A DNA stretch of 64,000 nt from Candidatus Heimdallarchaeota archaeon. Its GTDB lineage: Archaea > Asgardarchaeota > Heimdallarchaeia > Hodarchaeales > Hodarchaeaceae. A program made the position numbers and the translations under genes. The notes beneath the pieces are model-generated. The model worked only from the letters and a program-made list of their open reading frames with translations. It was not told the origin of the DNA and searched no databases. The stretch is from positions 4,529,414 through 4,593,413 of the forward strand of contig CP070695.1 of NCBI GenBank assembly GCA_020353515.1. Reading direction: 5' to 3'. Below are positions 20,457-29,792 of the stretch, piece after piece; positions within the stretch are counted from its first letter, which is position 1; every line of letters begins with the position of its first letter.

Positions 20457-21329
20457 ATGGATATTGAGGCAGAATATTCATTTTTATCACATCTTCCTAC
20501 TCATTACTTTAAAAGATTAGTAGATAAGTGGGAAAACACCTCAATTGAATTGGAACCTAATGGCCTTCTTTCAAATGAAAATCGAGAAACTACTATGAGT
20601 TTTATTAGTAATATGAAGGACTCAAGACTCAAACAACTAAAAAAGCTCTCTGAAATACTCGATATCTCTGATGTGTGGTGGGAAATCTATCAATTTTCAG
20701 AGGTAATCCCTTTCTCTCATATTAAAAAGCGTCAAAAAGCTTTTAGTGTTGAGAAATATCTACCAGAAGATCATAGTAAAGTCAAAGGTATTTTTTCCAT
20801 AAAAGACATCAGTGAACATGCCATTTTATTACTTGCTGAATTTTCATCTAGATCCACGGCACTTAAACGGTTGTTCCGGTTTATCTATTTACCATCGGTT
20901 AAAACAATTCTTTTAGAACCGAAAGATCTATCAACAGAGATTTTAAATAATGAAATCCTACCATTTATAACAGCAGAATCAGATAAAATTACTCAAAAAC
21001 GTGTACGTGCTAGATTTGTTCGTGATTTAACAAAAGACCGAGACGAAGGAAAATTATCGCTTGCTCTTACACATCTCAAAATAAAGATTTCTTTAGAAAC
21101 CTCAGGAATTGAAGGCTTAAATCAAATTATAATTCAAGGAGACAATGTAATCAGGGGAGCCGAAACTTTAGAGCAACGACATGAGATATCCCTTAGATTT
21201 ATGAACTCTGGCCCATGGATTGCTGCTGGCACAAAAGATTTCTCTGTTGAAGTGGGAAAAGGACTCCAGATTCATCAATTAGAAGAAAGCTCCTTCAAAA
21301 ACCTTTCAACAGTACTCAGCTGGTTATAA
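20457..21329 (+). CDS. Uncharacterised protein; candidate CENP-N/Chl4-like protein
   Basis: The ORF is solid (GGAG RBS, operon spacing). Collinear motif similarity to CENP-N was seen by eye only (see findings); the confidence refers to the homology call. Confidence 0.55.
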   Translation: MDIEAEYSFLSHLPTHYFKRLVDKWENTSIELEPNGLLSNENRETTMSFISNMKDSRLKQLKKLSEILDISDVWWEIYQFSEVIPFSHIKKRQKAFSVEKYLPEDHSKVKGIFSIKDISEHAILLLAEFSSRSTALKRLFRFIYLPSVKTILLEPKDLSTEILNNEILPFITAESDKITQKRVRARFVRDLTKDRDEGKLSLALTHLKIKISLETSGIEGLNQIIIQGDNVIRGAETLEQRHEISLRFMNSGPWIAAGTKDFSVEVGKGLQIHQLEESSFKNLSTVLSWL

Positions 21330-21350
21330 GATATTTCCTAGTGATCGAAT

Positions 21351-23810
21351 ATGATGTTTCCTACAAGATACAGGTTTCTACAGGTCTTTTTTCCAATCTT
21401 TCTGATTACTACTTCCGTCATTTTCACTTCTACAAATCCAATTATTAGCTTTGTTGATAATCAGAATTCTTTTCCTTATATTTCTAAAAATCTTTCAAAA
21501 AAAGAGCTTTCAAAAGATTTTTTGATAATGTTTTATGATAAAATCCCAAATTTAGACCGCTTTGAACCTTTAATTAATAGGAAATTCTGTAATTTTCCTG
21601 TAATTCATATTAAATTCAATGATTCTGAAACAAAACAATCTTTCTTCGAGAACTATAATCATAAAATTTACCAAATGGAACCTAACCGTATTTTCAAGAG
21701 CTCTCCTCGATTTATTCCAGAACCTAACCTCAGTAAGAGTAGTATAAATACAGAAATCCAAGATTCAACGGGAGCGAGTGTCTTACATAGTTTAGGAATT
21801 GAGGGTGAAGGTGTAAAAATTGGAATTATTGATACAGGAGTAGACGATGATACGGCTATATTTGGAACACGTGTAGTAGATCGTGAATCGTTTGTAAGCA
21901 TTGAAAATGGCTATTCTGCTGATAGATTAAATCCAGAACCAGCTATGGATCACGGTACAAATGTCGCTAACCTTGCCGCGGGAAATACAAGGGGAATTGC
22001 ACCAAGAGCTGAGATATATAGTGCTAAAATAATTCATGATAATGTGATCACTGGTGCTGGTGGTGGAGGAGGTGAAGAAACTACTGTAGGAATGCTTGAA
22101 GCAATAGATTACCTTATTAATAATTCAATAGATGTTGTCAACATATCTCTTGGACAGTATCACAATTTAGCTAGTGGTTTAAGGGACGAAATTATCAATT
22201 ATGCGTCAATTATCCATAATATTGTTTTTACTGTATCTGCTGGTAATTCAGGAACATCTTATGGGGATAGAGGAACATTAAATAATCCAGCAACAGCTCT
22301 TCAATGTATTGCTGTTTCTGCCAGTGATATTAGTGGAATAAATATAGCTAATTTTGCATCACGAGGACCAAAGGTTGATTATTCCATTAAACCAGATATT
22401 ACGGCACCAGGTATTAACACTCCTTGGGAAGGAACATCTTTTGCCGCACCTATCGTTGCTGGTGGAGCAGCTTTGCTAATTAATTTCTTGAAAAATAAAG
22501 GTTTATCTTATTCAGCAGCTACTATTAAGGCTGCTCTCCTCGCTGGTGCGAGAACTCTTAACAAACCAATCTGGGAAGAAGGTGCAGGATTCATTAACAT
22601 CACACGATCTTTAGAGATTCTCAATTCAACAAATGAGGTTAATAACACCCCCGATCTAATATATCTTCATCCTCAAAAGCTACCATTTGATCCATATAGA
22701 GTCTTGTTTAATGGCAGCTCATTAATTTTTAATCTATCAGTCATAAGCAGTAGGGAGGTAAGTACAAGTTTAAATATCTCTGATTCAATTTCTGATTTCG
22801 TTAGTACTCCAGAAACTTCTTACATTCTAAATAATACAACTCTAGTTCCCATTAATTTCACAATACCAGCATCCTCTGAATCTCAGTACGTTTCAGGCTT
22901 CATTGAAATATCCAATGAATTTTTGATAATAGAGTTTGAAATTCGAGAGACAGATATTCAAATTTTATTTGATGAAACCGCAAATAGTATAGTTAGACAT
23001 GGGTACGGTACTGGATCTTATGAGATACGAGGAGATTCTTCAAATACAATTGGTCTATACTCAGCTTTCACACAGTTCCTAGCTTATGAACATAATTATA
23101 GTGTTACACCTCATGTAAAAGGAGAGTTGACTCTCACCAAAGTTTTAGAGTATGATGTACTGATTCTAGCAAATCCTTTTTCCAACTCCACTGATAAATA
23201 CATGGATTGGGTTGTAGATCCTAGTCCTGATTATCTAGCTTTGTCAAAAAAGTCATTAAATGCTGTTTACCAGTTCATTTCAAAGGGTGGAGGTTTATTG
23301 GTAATAAATGGTAATGATGATGCATATTACAATATTACAGGACTAAATGAGTTTCTTGAGCAATTTAATTTACAAATTCAATCTAAATTCTCAGGAGGAA
23401 TAGGTATAAGTGATATTGTTAACCCACAAGACTTTACTACAGATATATCCTCCTTTCCTTTTCGTGGAAATTATATCCAAGCATCTGGAACAAATACGCA
23501 GGTAATAGCAGAATACAATGATGAACCTACTTTAGCCCTCTATGAAGATCCTGGAGGTGGAAGGGTCTTACTTTTCGGAACCGATCTTATTTTTGATAAT
23601 TTTGGATTCTCTAGTTATGCTTATAATGGTAACAGCTTAGAAAACAGCATCTTAGCTTTGAATTCCATAACTTGGCTTGCAGCAGCAGAGAAAGAATTTG
23701 TTGAAACATCCACAAGTCTTCCAGAATTTCCATATCCTATAATCTTTTTGATGCTTATATTTTTTCTTGGGATCATTTACATTTTGCTTATTAACAGAAC
23801 AAAAAACTAA
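21351..23810 (+). CDS. Membrane-anchored S8 subtilase with SKI-1/S1P-like architecture
   Basis: Signal peptide, I9-like prodomain, IDTG, HGT, AGNSG, GTSFA, ILFDE-start GATase-like domain and a C-terminal TM (PEFP..). Confidence 0.9.
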   Translation: MMFPTRYRFLQVFFPIFLITTSVIFTSTNPIISFVDNQNSFPYISKNLSKKELSKDFLIMFYDKIPNLDRFEPLINRKFCNFPVIHIKFNDSETKQSFFENYNHKIYQMEPNRIFKSSPRFIPEPNLSKSSINTEIQDSTGASVLHSLGIEGEGVKIGIIDTGVDDDTAIFGTRVVDRESFVSIENGYSADRLNPEPAMDHGTNVANLAAGNTRGIAPRAEIYSAKIIHDNVITGAGGGGGEETTVGMLEAIDYLINNSIDVVNISLGQYHNLASGLRDEIINYASIIHNIVFTVSAGNSGTSYGDRGTLNNPATALQCIAVSASDISGINIANFASRGPKVDYSIKPDITAPGINTPWEGTSFAAPIVAGGAALLINFLKNKGLSYSAATIKAALLAGARTLNKPIWEEGAGFINITRSLEILNSTNEVNNTPDLIYLHPQKLPFDPYRVLFNGSSLIFNLSVISSREVSTSLNISDSISDFVSTPETSYILNNTTLVPINFTIPASSESQYVSGFIEISNEFLIIEFEIRETDIQILFDETANSIVRHGYGTGSYEIRGDSSNTIGLYSAFTQFLAYEHNYSVTPHVKGELTLTKVLEYDVLILANPFSNSTDKYMDWVVDPSPDYLALSKKSLNAVYQFISKGGGLLVINGNDDAYYNITGLNEFLEQFNLQIQSKFSGGIGISDIVNPQDFTTDISSFPFRGNYIQASGTNTQVIAEYNDEPTLALYEDPGGGRVLLFGTDLIFDNFGFSSYAYNGNSLENSILALNSITWLAAAEKEFVETSTSLPEFPYPIIFLMLIFFLGIIYILLINRTKN

Positions 23811-23870
23811 AATTTCCAATTTTAACTTAGTAATAACCTTATCTACAGTCTTGGTTTCTCTACTAGACCT

Positions 23871-24419
23871 CTATACTCTTGGTTCGTCATCTAGTCCCAC
23901 ATATGATGAACTCTCTCTATCATCATATCCAACGGTTGATTCAGAAGTTAACTGATGAAAAATAATTTGAATTATTGGCATACCCGGTACGAGCTCCACA
24001 GGTGAATTCGCCTGATGAGCGATTTCGAGTGTTAAAGTAGTCGGATCTTTCAGTCCTGTCCCTGGGTTCACTAATCCTGCAGCTTGGACCACAATTCCTA
24101 AACGAGCTATTGATGATTTTCCTTCTAAAGTAGCTGCAAACTTCTTTGATATTGAAATTTTCTCAAGTGTCGAAGCAAGAACAAATTGATTGGGAGACAA
24201 CAAAAAAGCTTCATCTTTCTCTATCCGAAAAACTTCAGAATTCTTCAAAATAGCCTTTCGGTCATTTGGTCGGAACAATCTACCATGATGAAATACTAAA
24301 AAAGTGTCACCCAGTTTTAAGTCTATACTACATGGACCAACAGCCGATTTGTCGAAAGGTGTTATTAATATTTCTTGAGATTCAATTGCTGCTAATATAT
24401 CTTGATATGACAAAATCAT
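23871..24419 (-). CDS. dcd: dCTP deaminase
   Basis: MILS..DI, PCSIDLKLG, EGKSSIARLG, TLEI, PGMPIIQIIF. Confidence 0.9.
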   Translation of the reverse strand: MILSYQDILAAIESQEILITPFDKSAVGPCSIDLKLGDTFLVFHHGRLFRPNDRKAILKNSEVFRIEKDEAFLLSPNQFVLASTLEKISISKKFAATLEGKSSIARLGIVVQAAGLVNPGTGLKDPTTLTLEIAHQANSPVELVPGMPIIQIIFHQLTSESTVGYDDRESSSYVGLDDEPRV

Positions 24420-24537
24420 TGTTTATTTTCACCGAATTTATTTCTGTACAACCAGACAAATTCCTTCTTGTCTGATTAATGTCTATTGTTTCAATTGAAA
24501 TAAATTTATTAGCGGGGACGAGTGATATAGAGCTAAC

Positions 24538-25608
24538 ATGAATGAATCCCATCAAGACCGGTTAAAAGTAGTTTTAATGAGAATTATTGAAGGATTTTCC
24601 GATTACTTTGTCTCTAGACTAGAGAAATCTTATCATCAGAGTCCAACAACTATCGATGTTCGAAATATTTCTGTAGAGCGAAAATTAGGGACTACAGGCA
24701 TTCATATAGTCAAGGTTCAACTCGAATCAGACTTAGGTTTAGATGAAGCCAGTATTGCCGTAAAGATCTACGATGAACAAGAACAAGCCTTAGATGTAGT
24801 TAAACGAATCAATATTGTGAAGCAACGTCTTTCTCAGAAAAAATATTCTCCATTTGGGATATCATCGGCTGCAGTCATCTTCTTCTCTAGAAGCGTGATA
24901 GTCATGGAAGGAATACAGGGTGATGTTTTCCGTGATTCCAAAATTCCACGGCCTCAAAAATATCGGTATGCAGGAAGAAGTCTTGCTGCTTTTCATGGTT
25001 CTGAATCAGATCACTGTTGGTTTGATAAATACAAACTGTTACTATCAAGGAGTTTGGAGAATTTACCGACAACAAGGGAATTCAAACAATCCCTAAGTGC
25101 CATGTTTGCTGATGTAGTGCCTCTAGCTGAACAAGCTTCTCATTTATCAGGTTCTATTAGCTTTGGAGATTTCCATCCTGGAAATCTAATCTTTGATGTT
25201 CGAATAGGCCAAAAACCAATGATAATTACCCACCTTATTGATCCAGAATATCTAGATACCTCAACGGAACACGATCGTTTGGAGGATATTTGTAATTTCT
25301 TTGCTGTTGAAGCTGTTGACCAATACCGTCAAGATAGAGAATTGACCAAGTTTCGTATGAATGTCAAATCCTTTTTATCGGGGTATAGAGAGGTTCTCGC
25401 TCATGAACAGACCTCCTTTCAAAATTATTATTCTGGAGGTAATTATATCCCTGTAAATTTCCATTTAGCCTTAATGATCCTTATGAGTATCATCAACATC
25501 CAGGACATGGAAGACCTCTTTGGTGGTGAGCGTGGTATCCAAAATGAAGTACTTCTACGTTGTCAATTGATTGAAAAGCTTTTGAATTGGAATTCTTTTC
25601 CGGATTAG
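24538..25608 (+). CDS. APH/choline kinase-like phosphotransferase
   Basis: AVK, LAAFH, GDFHPGN (Brenner motif), LIDPE, D..D. Confidence 0.8.
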   Translation: MNESHQDRLKVVLMRIIEGFSDYFVSRLEKSYHQSPTTIDVRNISVERKLGTTGIHIVKVQLESDLGLDEASIAVKIYDEQEQALDVVKRINIVKQRLSQKKYSPFGISSAAVIFFSRSVIVMEGIQGDVFRDSKIPRPQKYRYAGRSLAAFHGSESDHCWFDKYKLLLSRSLENLPTTREFKQSLSAMFADVVPLAEQASHLSGSISFGDFHPGNLIFDVRIGQKPMIITHLIDPEYLDTSTEHDRLEDICNFFAVEAVDQYRQDRELTKFRMNVKSFLSGYREVLAHEQTSFQNYYSGGNYIPVNFHLALMILMSIINIQDMEDLFGGERGIQNEVLLRCQLIEKLLNWNSFPD

Positions 25609-25617
25609 GTTAATGAA

Positions 25618-26298
25618 TTGCGTCATAAGGTCTTATACTCGAGTGCTGGAATTGCAACCCAGATCTTGATACAAGAATCTCAAAAATTGATAATTTTGTT
25701 TGATGTTGGGGATGGGATTATCCGAGACTTACTGAAAGAAGGACTATCTTTTCCCTTAACTGTTCCTTTGTATATTCTCCTTACACACGGCCATTACGAC
25801 CACTGTGGAGGTTTATTTTCCTTACTAGGATTTTTGCGTATGATTGGACAGTCCTCTCTAGTTGAAATCTATTATCCTGCAGGTTCCATTGAGATAGAAG
25901 GACTAATTGATATTTTTACCTCTTCATATCAAGAAACGATTCCCTTTAAACTAAAAACTTCTTCCCTAAAACCTCTAGACGAGATTAAGATTGTAGAAGA
26001 TGTGCGTATTGTTGCTTACAAAATGAAACATATGGGATCAACCCTCTCCCACGGAGTGTTAACAGAGATTCCAGCATTAGGATACGCTATTTTTAAGAAA
26101 GATGAGAAATGGTTGGTTTTTACAGGGGATACAGGAATGAATGAGAACCTTCCTAACTTTCTGAAAAATGCCAAACATGCTTATATTGAAGCGACAAATC
26201 TATCTGATCATCATTCCGCTTATCATCTTAATGTCAAAGAAGCGCAAAAATTAGGAGAACTGGCTAAAGATTTCACCCTAGTGCATACAAGAAAATAG
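25618..26298 (+). CDS. MBL-fold hydrolase, RNase Z/BN-like
   Basis: FDVGDG, THGHYDH, H, GDT, EAT, H and a terminal LVH. Confidence 0.8.
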   Translation: MRHKVLYSSAGIATQILIQESQKLIILFDVGDGIIRDLLKEGLSFPLTVPLYILLTHGHYDHCGGLFSLLGFLRMIGQSSLVEIYYPAGSIEIEGLIDIFTSSYQETIPFKLKTSSLKPLDEIKIVEDVRIVAYKMKHMGSTLSHGVLTEIPALGYAIFKKDEKWLVFTGDTGMNENLPNFLKNAKHAYIEATNLSDHHSAYHLNVKEAQKLGELAKDFTLVHTRK

Positions 26299-26472
26299 AT
26301 TACCTGAAAAAAAATGATAACTTATGAATTTACATGAATACGAGAATCAGACTGAAATTATTAATAATTCCTTTTCGATTTATATAAAATTGTTAAAGAT
26401 CTCATTCATACTATTTGAAGAGATTCCCATATTTCACGTTCCTATTCAATTTTATCAATAGCAGGGGTCAAT

Positions 26473-27459
26473 TTGCTTTCGAAGTTCTTTCTCAAAGAAG
26501 TAGAAACAATTCATAATGACACGCAAAGTGGTGCAGCAGAAATTGCTGAAAAGTGTCTAAATACACTAAAAAACGAGTGTCTTCGATCAAGTAAAAGACT
26601 AGATAGAATTCAACTAACAAAGGCTATTCAGTTATTACTAGACACACATCCAATGGCTACCATTGAAAATGCTCTGATTCCTGTTTTTCTAAGGTTAATT
26701 CAACTTATTGAGCCAGATGGGATCCAAAATGGGGATCCCGAGACTACCATTGAATTACTTTTCGCTACACGGCGCGAACAAATGAGGATAGGAGAATCAA
26801 ATACTATTGAAAAACTTACCAAAACTCTACAAGAGAAACACTCTATTCTGACATTTTCTCATTCCTCAACTGTCACTAAAGCCTTGTTAAAACTTGCAAA
26901 GGATGGATATTGTGACAAAGACATTTTCGTTTTAGAATCTCGGCCATTGAAAGAAGGAGAACAAACAGCTTTTTTACTAGCTAATTTAGGATTCAAAAAA
27001 GTGCACCTAGGTATTGATTTTGCAATAAATGAATTTTCTAAGCAAGCAGAAATGGTCGTATTAGGAGCTGATACGATTTATCCTAGCGGGCAAGTTCTTA
27101 ATAAAATTGGTTCAGCAACAATTGCAAAATTATTTCATATGAGATCGAAAGAAGTCATTATAGCTGCTTCACCCTCAAAAATTTGTCTTAGAAGCATTAT
27201 TAGTAATAATCAAGAGTGGAACGTGAAAATACATAATAGAAAACCAAAGGAGATTACTAGTTTTTCAGCTCCAAACCTTGATATTTGGAACAAATATTTT
27301 GAGATAATTCAGCCAAAGTATATATCTTCCTTAATTATGGATTGTCACCATATGTATTCTCCGATCTCAAAACAAATCACAATGTTTCTTGAAACAAATC
27401 AACTTATTGAACAAATAAAATCGTTCAAAGAAATCTGGACCGATGTTAAGTTTAAATAA
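26473..27459 (+). CDS. eIF2B alpha/beta/delta-related (IF-2B family) protein
   Basis: SGA, HPMA, LTFSHSSTV, ESRPLKEG, GAD, NKIGS, N.YFE. Confidence 0.88.
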   Translation: MLSKFFLKEVETIHNDTQSGAAEIAEKCLNTLKNECLRSSKRLDRIQLTKAIQLLLDTHPMATIENALIPVFLRLIQLIEPDGIQNGDPETTIELLFATRREQMRIGESNTIEKLTKTLQEKHSILTFSHSSTVTKALLKLAKDGYCDKDIFVLESRPLKEGEQTAFLLANLGFKKVHLGIDFAINEFSKQAEMVVLGADTIYPSGQVLNKIGSATIAKLFHMRSKEVIIAASPSKICLRSIISNNQEWNVKIHNRKPKEITSFSAPNLDIWNKYFEIIQPKYISSLIMDCHHMYSPISKQITMFLETNQLIEQIKSFKEIWTDVKFK

Positions 27460-27496
27460 ACAAAGAAATTGAGTACAAAAGTAAAAACTGTCTAGT

Positions 27497-29290
27497 CTAC
27501 CATGGTTTTACAAGTACGGGTTGAATTGCAGGATCTTCAAAGATTAGCTTACCTCTAAAAATATCTCTTTTATCAGGAGGGTGGATCTTAGTTATGGTCC
27601 CTGATGTTATTTTGATCTTCACACTTTCATTTAAAGCAGGTTTATACGCTTCATCAAAAACAAGATTCCAAGTGGAATTATTACTTTCATTCCAAGCGAT
27701 AACGTTTATCTCATTTCGTTCATGATCTAATGATAAGTCAAGAATATGATAGAAGCCTTTAAATTGCTCTGCTAGTCCTTCAGTCTCAGAAGCAGAAATT
27801 TGAATAGGAAGATTCTTCTTCCAAGACGCTGGAACGCCTCGTTTGGTAAAATCTTTCCCTTCTTCTTTCAATTTCTCCTTGAAGATTTTTTGAACCTTCA
27901 AATCGATTTCTACGAGGTCTGGACGAAGCCTGGTGAGAATGAAAAGCCTCTTGATAGAACGAAAGGCTTCCTTACGTGTGCTAAAATTCTTTACAATGAA
28001 TTTAAGGATTTCAATAGCTAATTCTCGCTGATCATGGGTGTAAAGGTCATTTGCATAGGTGTTCATTGATGAAATCATTCCATCGACGAGATCTGGAAAT
28101 CGCTTTAGCTGGATAACAGCCTCATGTGGTTGGTTTGTCGCAATTAATGAAACTGTAAGCCCAAGAAGTTGAGTGGGGGGCATTTCCATCCCTATTGTAG
28201 GAATTGATTCAAATAAATCAAGTGCCTGTCTATTTTGTCCTAATAATAAATACAACAGGCCTTGGAGAGAGATTAAATTTTCAATGGCCTCCTTTCCTAC
28301 AGAGACGAAATTCATAAACACTCGGCACGCTTCAGCATGGACTAAAGCTTCGACTATATGATTTCGTGTTAATTTATAGTCTAAAAGCCAACTGTGATGC
28401 TCAAATAACTCTGATCGAAGTAGTCGTTCAACAATTACACGTTGTTCAAGATCATCGATTGAGTAAATTAGTTCAGAACTTTTTGTTAAAACTTCCACTA
28501 GAACCCGTTCTGCCTCCAGAATATTGAAACTTTCTCGTGTTCCTCTCGTCTTAATGACTAACTGTTGGGCAATTATTAAAGCATCTTCAGGTGATAAAAT
28601 TTCAGGCTCCTTAGGAGGGATTATTTCCTTACCATCGGTTATCGTAGTATCAGTACCAACTTGAGCAGCTGTGCGAACAAAACGAGCAGTATCAGTTAAA
28701 TCATCAATTAACATTGCAACATCTATGTATCGTCTTGTTCTTTTTTTATAACCCCAAGAAGCACGAAAAACTCGCTCAACAGTTTTATCTAATATTTTCC
28801 GCATATTGGGATCAGATACAGCTGCAGCAAGAATAGAAACGAAGGATCCACATGAAAGATGATCAATTCCCTTGAACACACGGTTCTCTTTAATGATACG
28901 AGCTACCCCTTCGTCATCTGATACTAATGCAACTTTATTATTATCTTTAAGAGTGAATTTTTTAGCTAAAATCACTACGTCAATATCAGCTGGATCATCC
29001 TTCACCCTAACCATTCGTTCCTGCACCGCATATTTTGCAGTTTGATTCCAAAGGTTTGAACCACGATTCACACGTTCAATCCGAACATATTTCGGAATAG
29101 TCCTCCGTAACTCGCGGAATTTGCCAGGAATATCTGATTTAGGTAATTCTTCTGGTACCATTACCTCCATTCCTACAGATGCAGCAATTTTTTGAAGATT
29201 AGGCAATAGTATGTCTGAAACACCTGCATTCATTAGTGAGATGAAGAAATTAGTATCAATTACAACGACATCAAAAAGAGTAGTAGCCAT
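27497..29290 (-). CDS. PIN-domain protein fused to helical (TPR-like) repeats and a beta-rich C-terminal domain
   Basis: VVIDTNFF, E, DPADIDVV and LVSDD acidic PIN motifs; TPR-like LQGLLYLLLGQNRQALDLF. Confidence 0.75.
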   Translation of the reverse strand: MATTLFDVVVIDTNFFISLMNAGVSDILLPNLQKIAASVGMEVMVPEELPKSDIPGKFRELRRTIPKYVRIERVNRGSNLWNQTAKYAVQERMVRVKDDPADIDVVILAKKFTLKDNNKVALVSDDEGVARIIKENRVFKGIDHLSCGSFVSILAAAVSDPNMRKILDKTVERVFRASWGYKKRTRRYIDVAMLIDDLTDTARFVRTAAQVGTDTTITDGKEIIPPKEPEILSPEDALIIAQQLVIKTRGTRESFNILEAERVLVEVLTKSSELIYSIDDLEQRVIVERLLRSELFEHHSWLLDYKLTRNHIVEALVHAEACRVFMNFVSVGKEAIENLISLQGLLYLLLGQNRQALDLFESIPTIGMEMPPTQLLGLTVSLIATNQPHEAVIQLKRFPDLVDGMISSMNTYANDLYTHDQRELAIEILKFIVKNFSTRKEAFRSIKRLFILTRLRPDLVEIDLKVQKIFKEKLKEEGKDFTKRGVPASWKKNLPIQISASETEGLAEQFKGFYHILDLSLDHERNEINVIAWNESNNSTWNLVFDEAYKPALNESVKIKITSGTITKIHPPDKRDIFRGKLIFEDPAIQPVLVKPW

Positions 29291-29357
29291 CGATTGTTAC
29301 TCCTCATTAAAAAGTTTTACTTAGAAAGACGTCTCTTAGGCCCAATTAGAAGAAAAT

Positions 29358-29459
29358 AGCGGAGGGCGTGATTCGAACACGCGTAATACAGCTTTGCAGG
29401 CTGCTCCTTAGCCAATAGGGCTGATGAACCCGAACTTATAGCCACTTTGGTACCTCCGC
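29358..29459 (-). tRNA. tRNA-Cys(GCA) with a 30-nt intron in the D arm (29408-29437)
   Basis: Acceptor GCGGAGG/CCTCCGC with U73; anticodon arm GCAGC-CTGCAAA-GCTGT; T arm GCGTG-TTCGAAT-CACGC. Removing the intron restores the D stem CCA/TGG and gives 72 nt. Confidence 0.9.
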
Positions 29460-29792
29460 AAATGGTAATGTGAATATTTGTTGAATTTTACCTTAGTACC
29501 AATCAAATCGTCTCTTATAATTGGATAATATAAACTTTGTTATTGCTTTCTTGCTATTTATTCAATTCTTAGTCTGCAACATCTAAATTGAGATATTCAC
29601 ATGTAAATGGTATTTCGTAATATATTCAAATCAAATATCTGATTTTAAAAGGAATGCTTTACAAAAAAAACGTCTTAACACCTAAAAAATCTATTACTCA
29701 TAATAGACTTTCTTTGATAAGCTATTTGCTGTAAAGTTATAATACAAAACATTAAAGAGAAAAGATGATTTTCTTTAATTAGAGGTCTTCCA

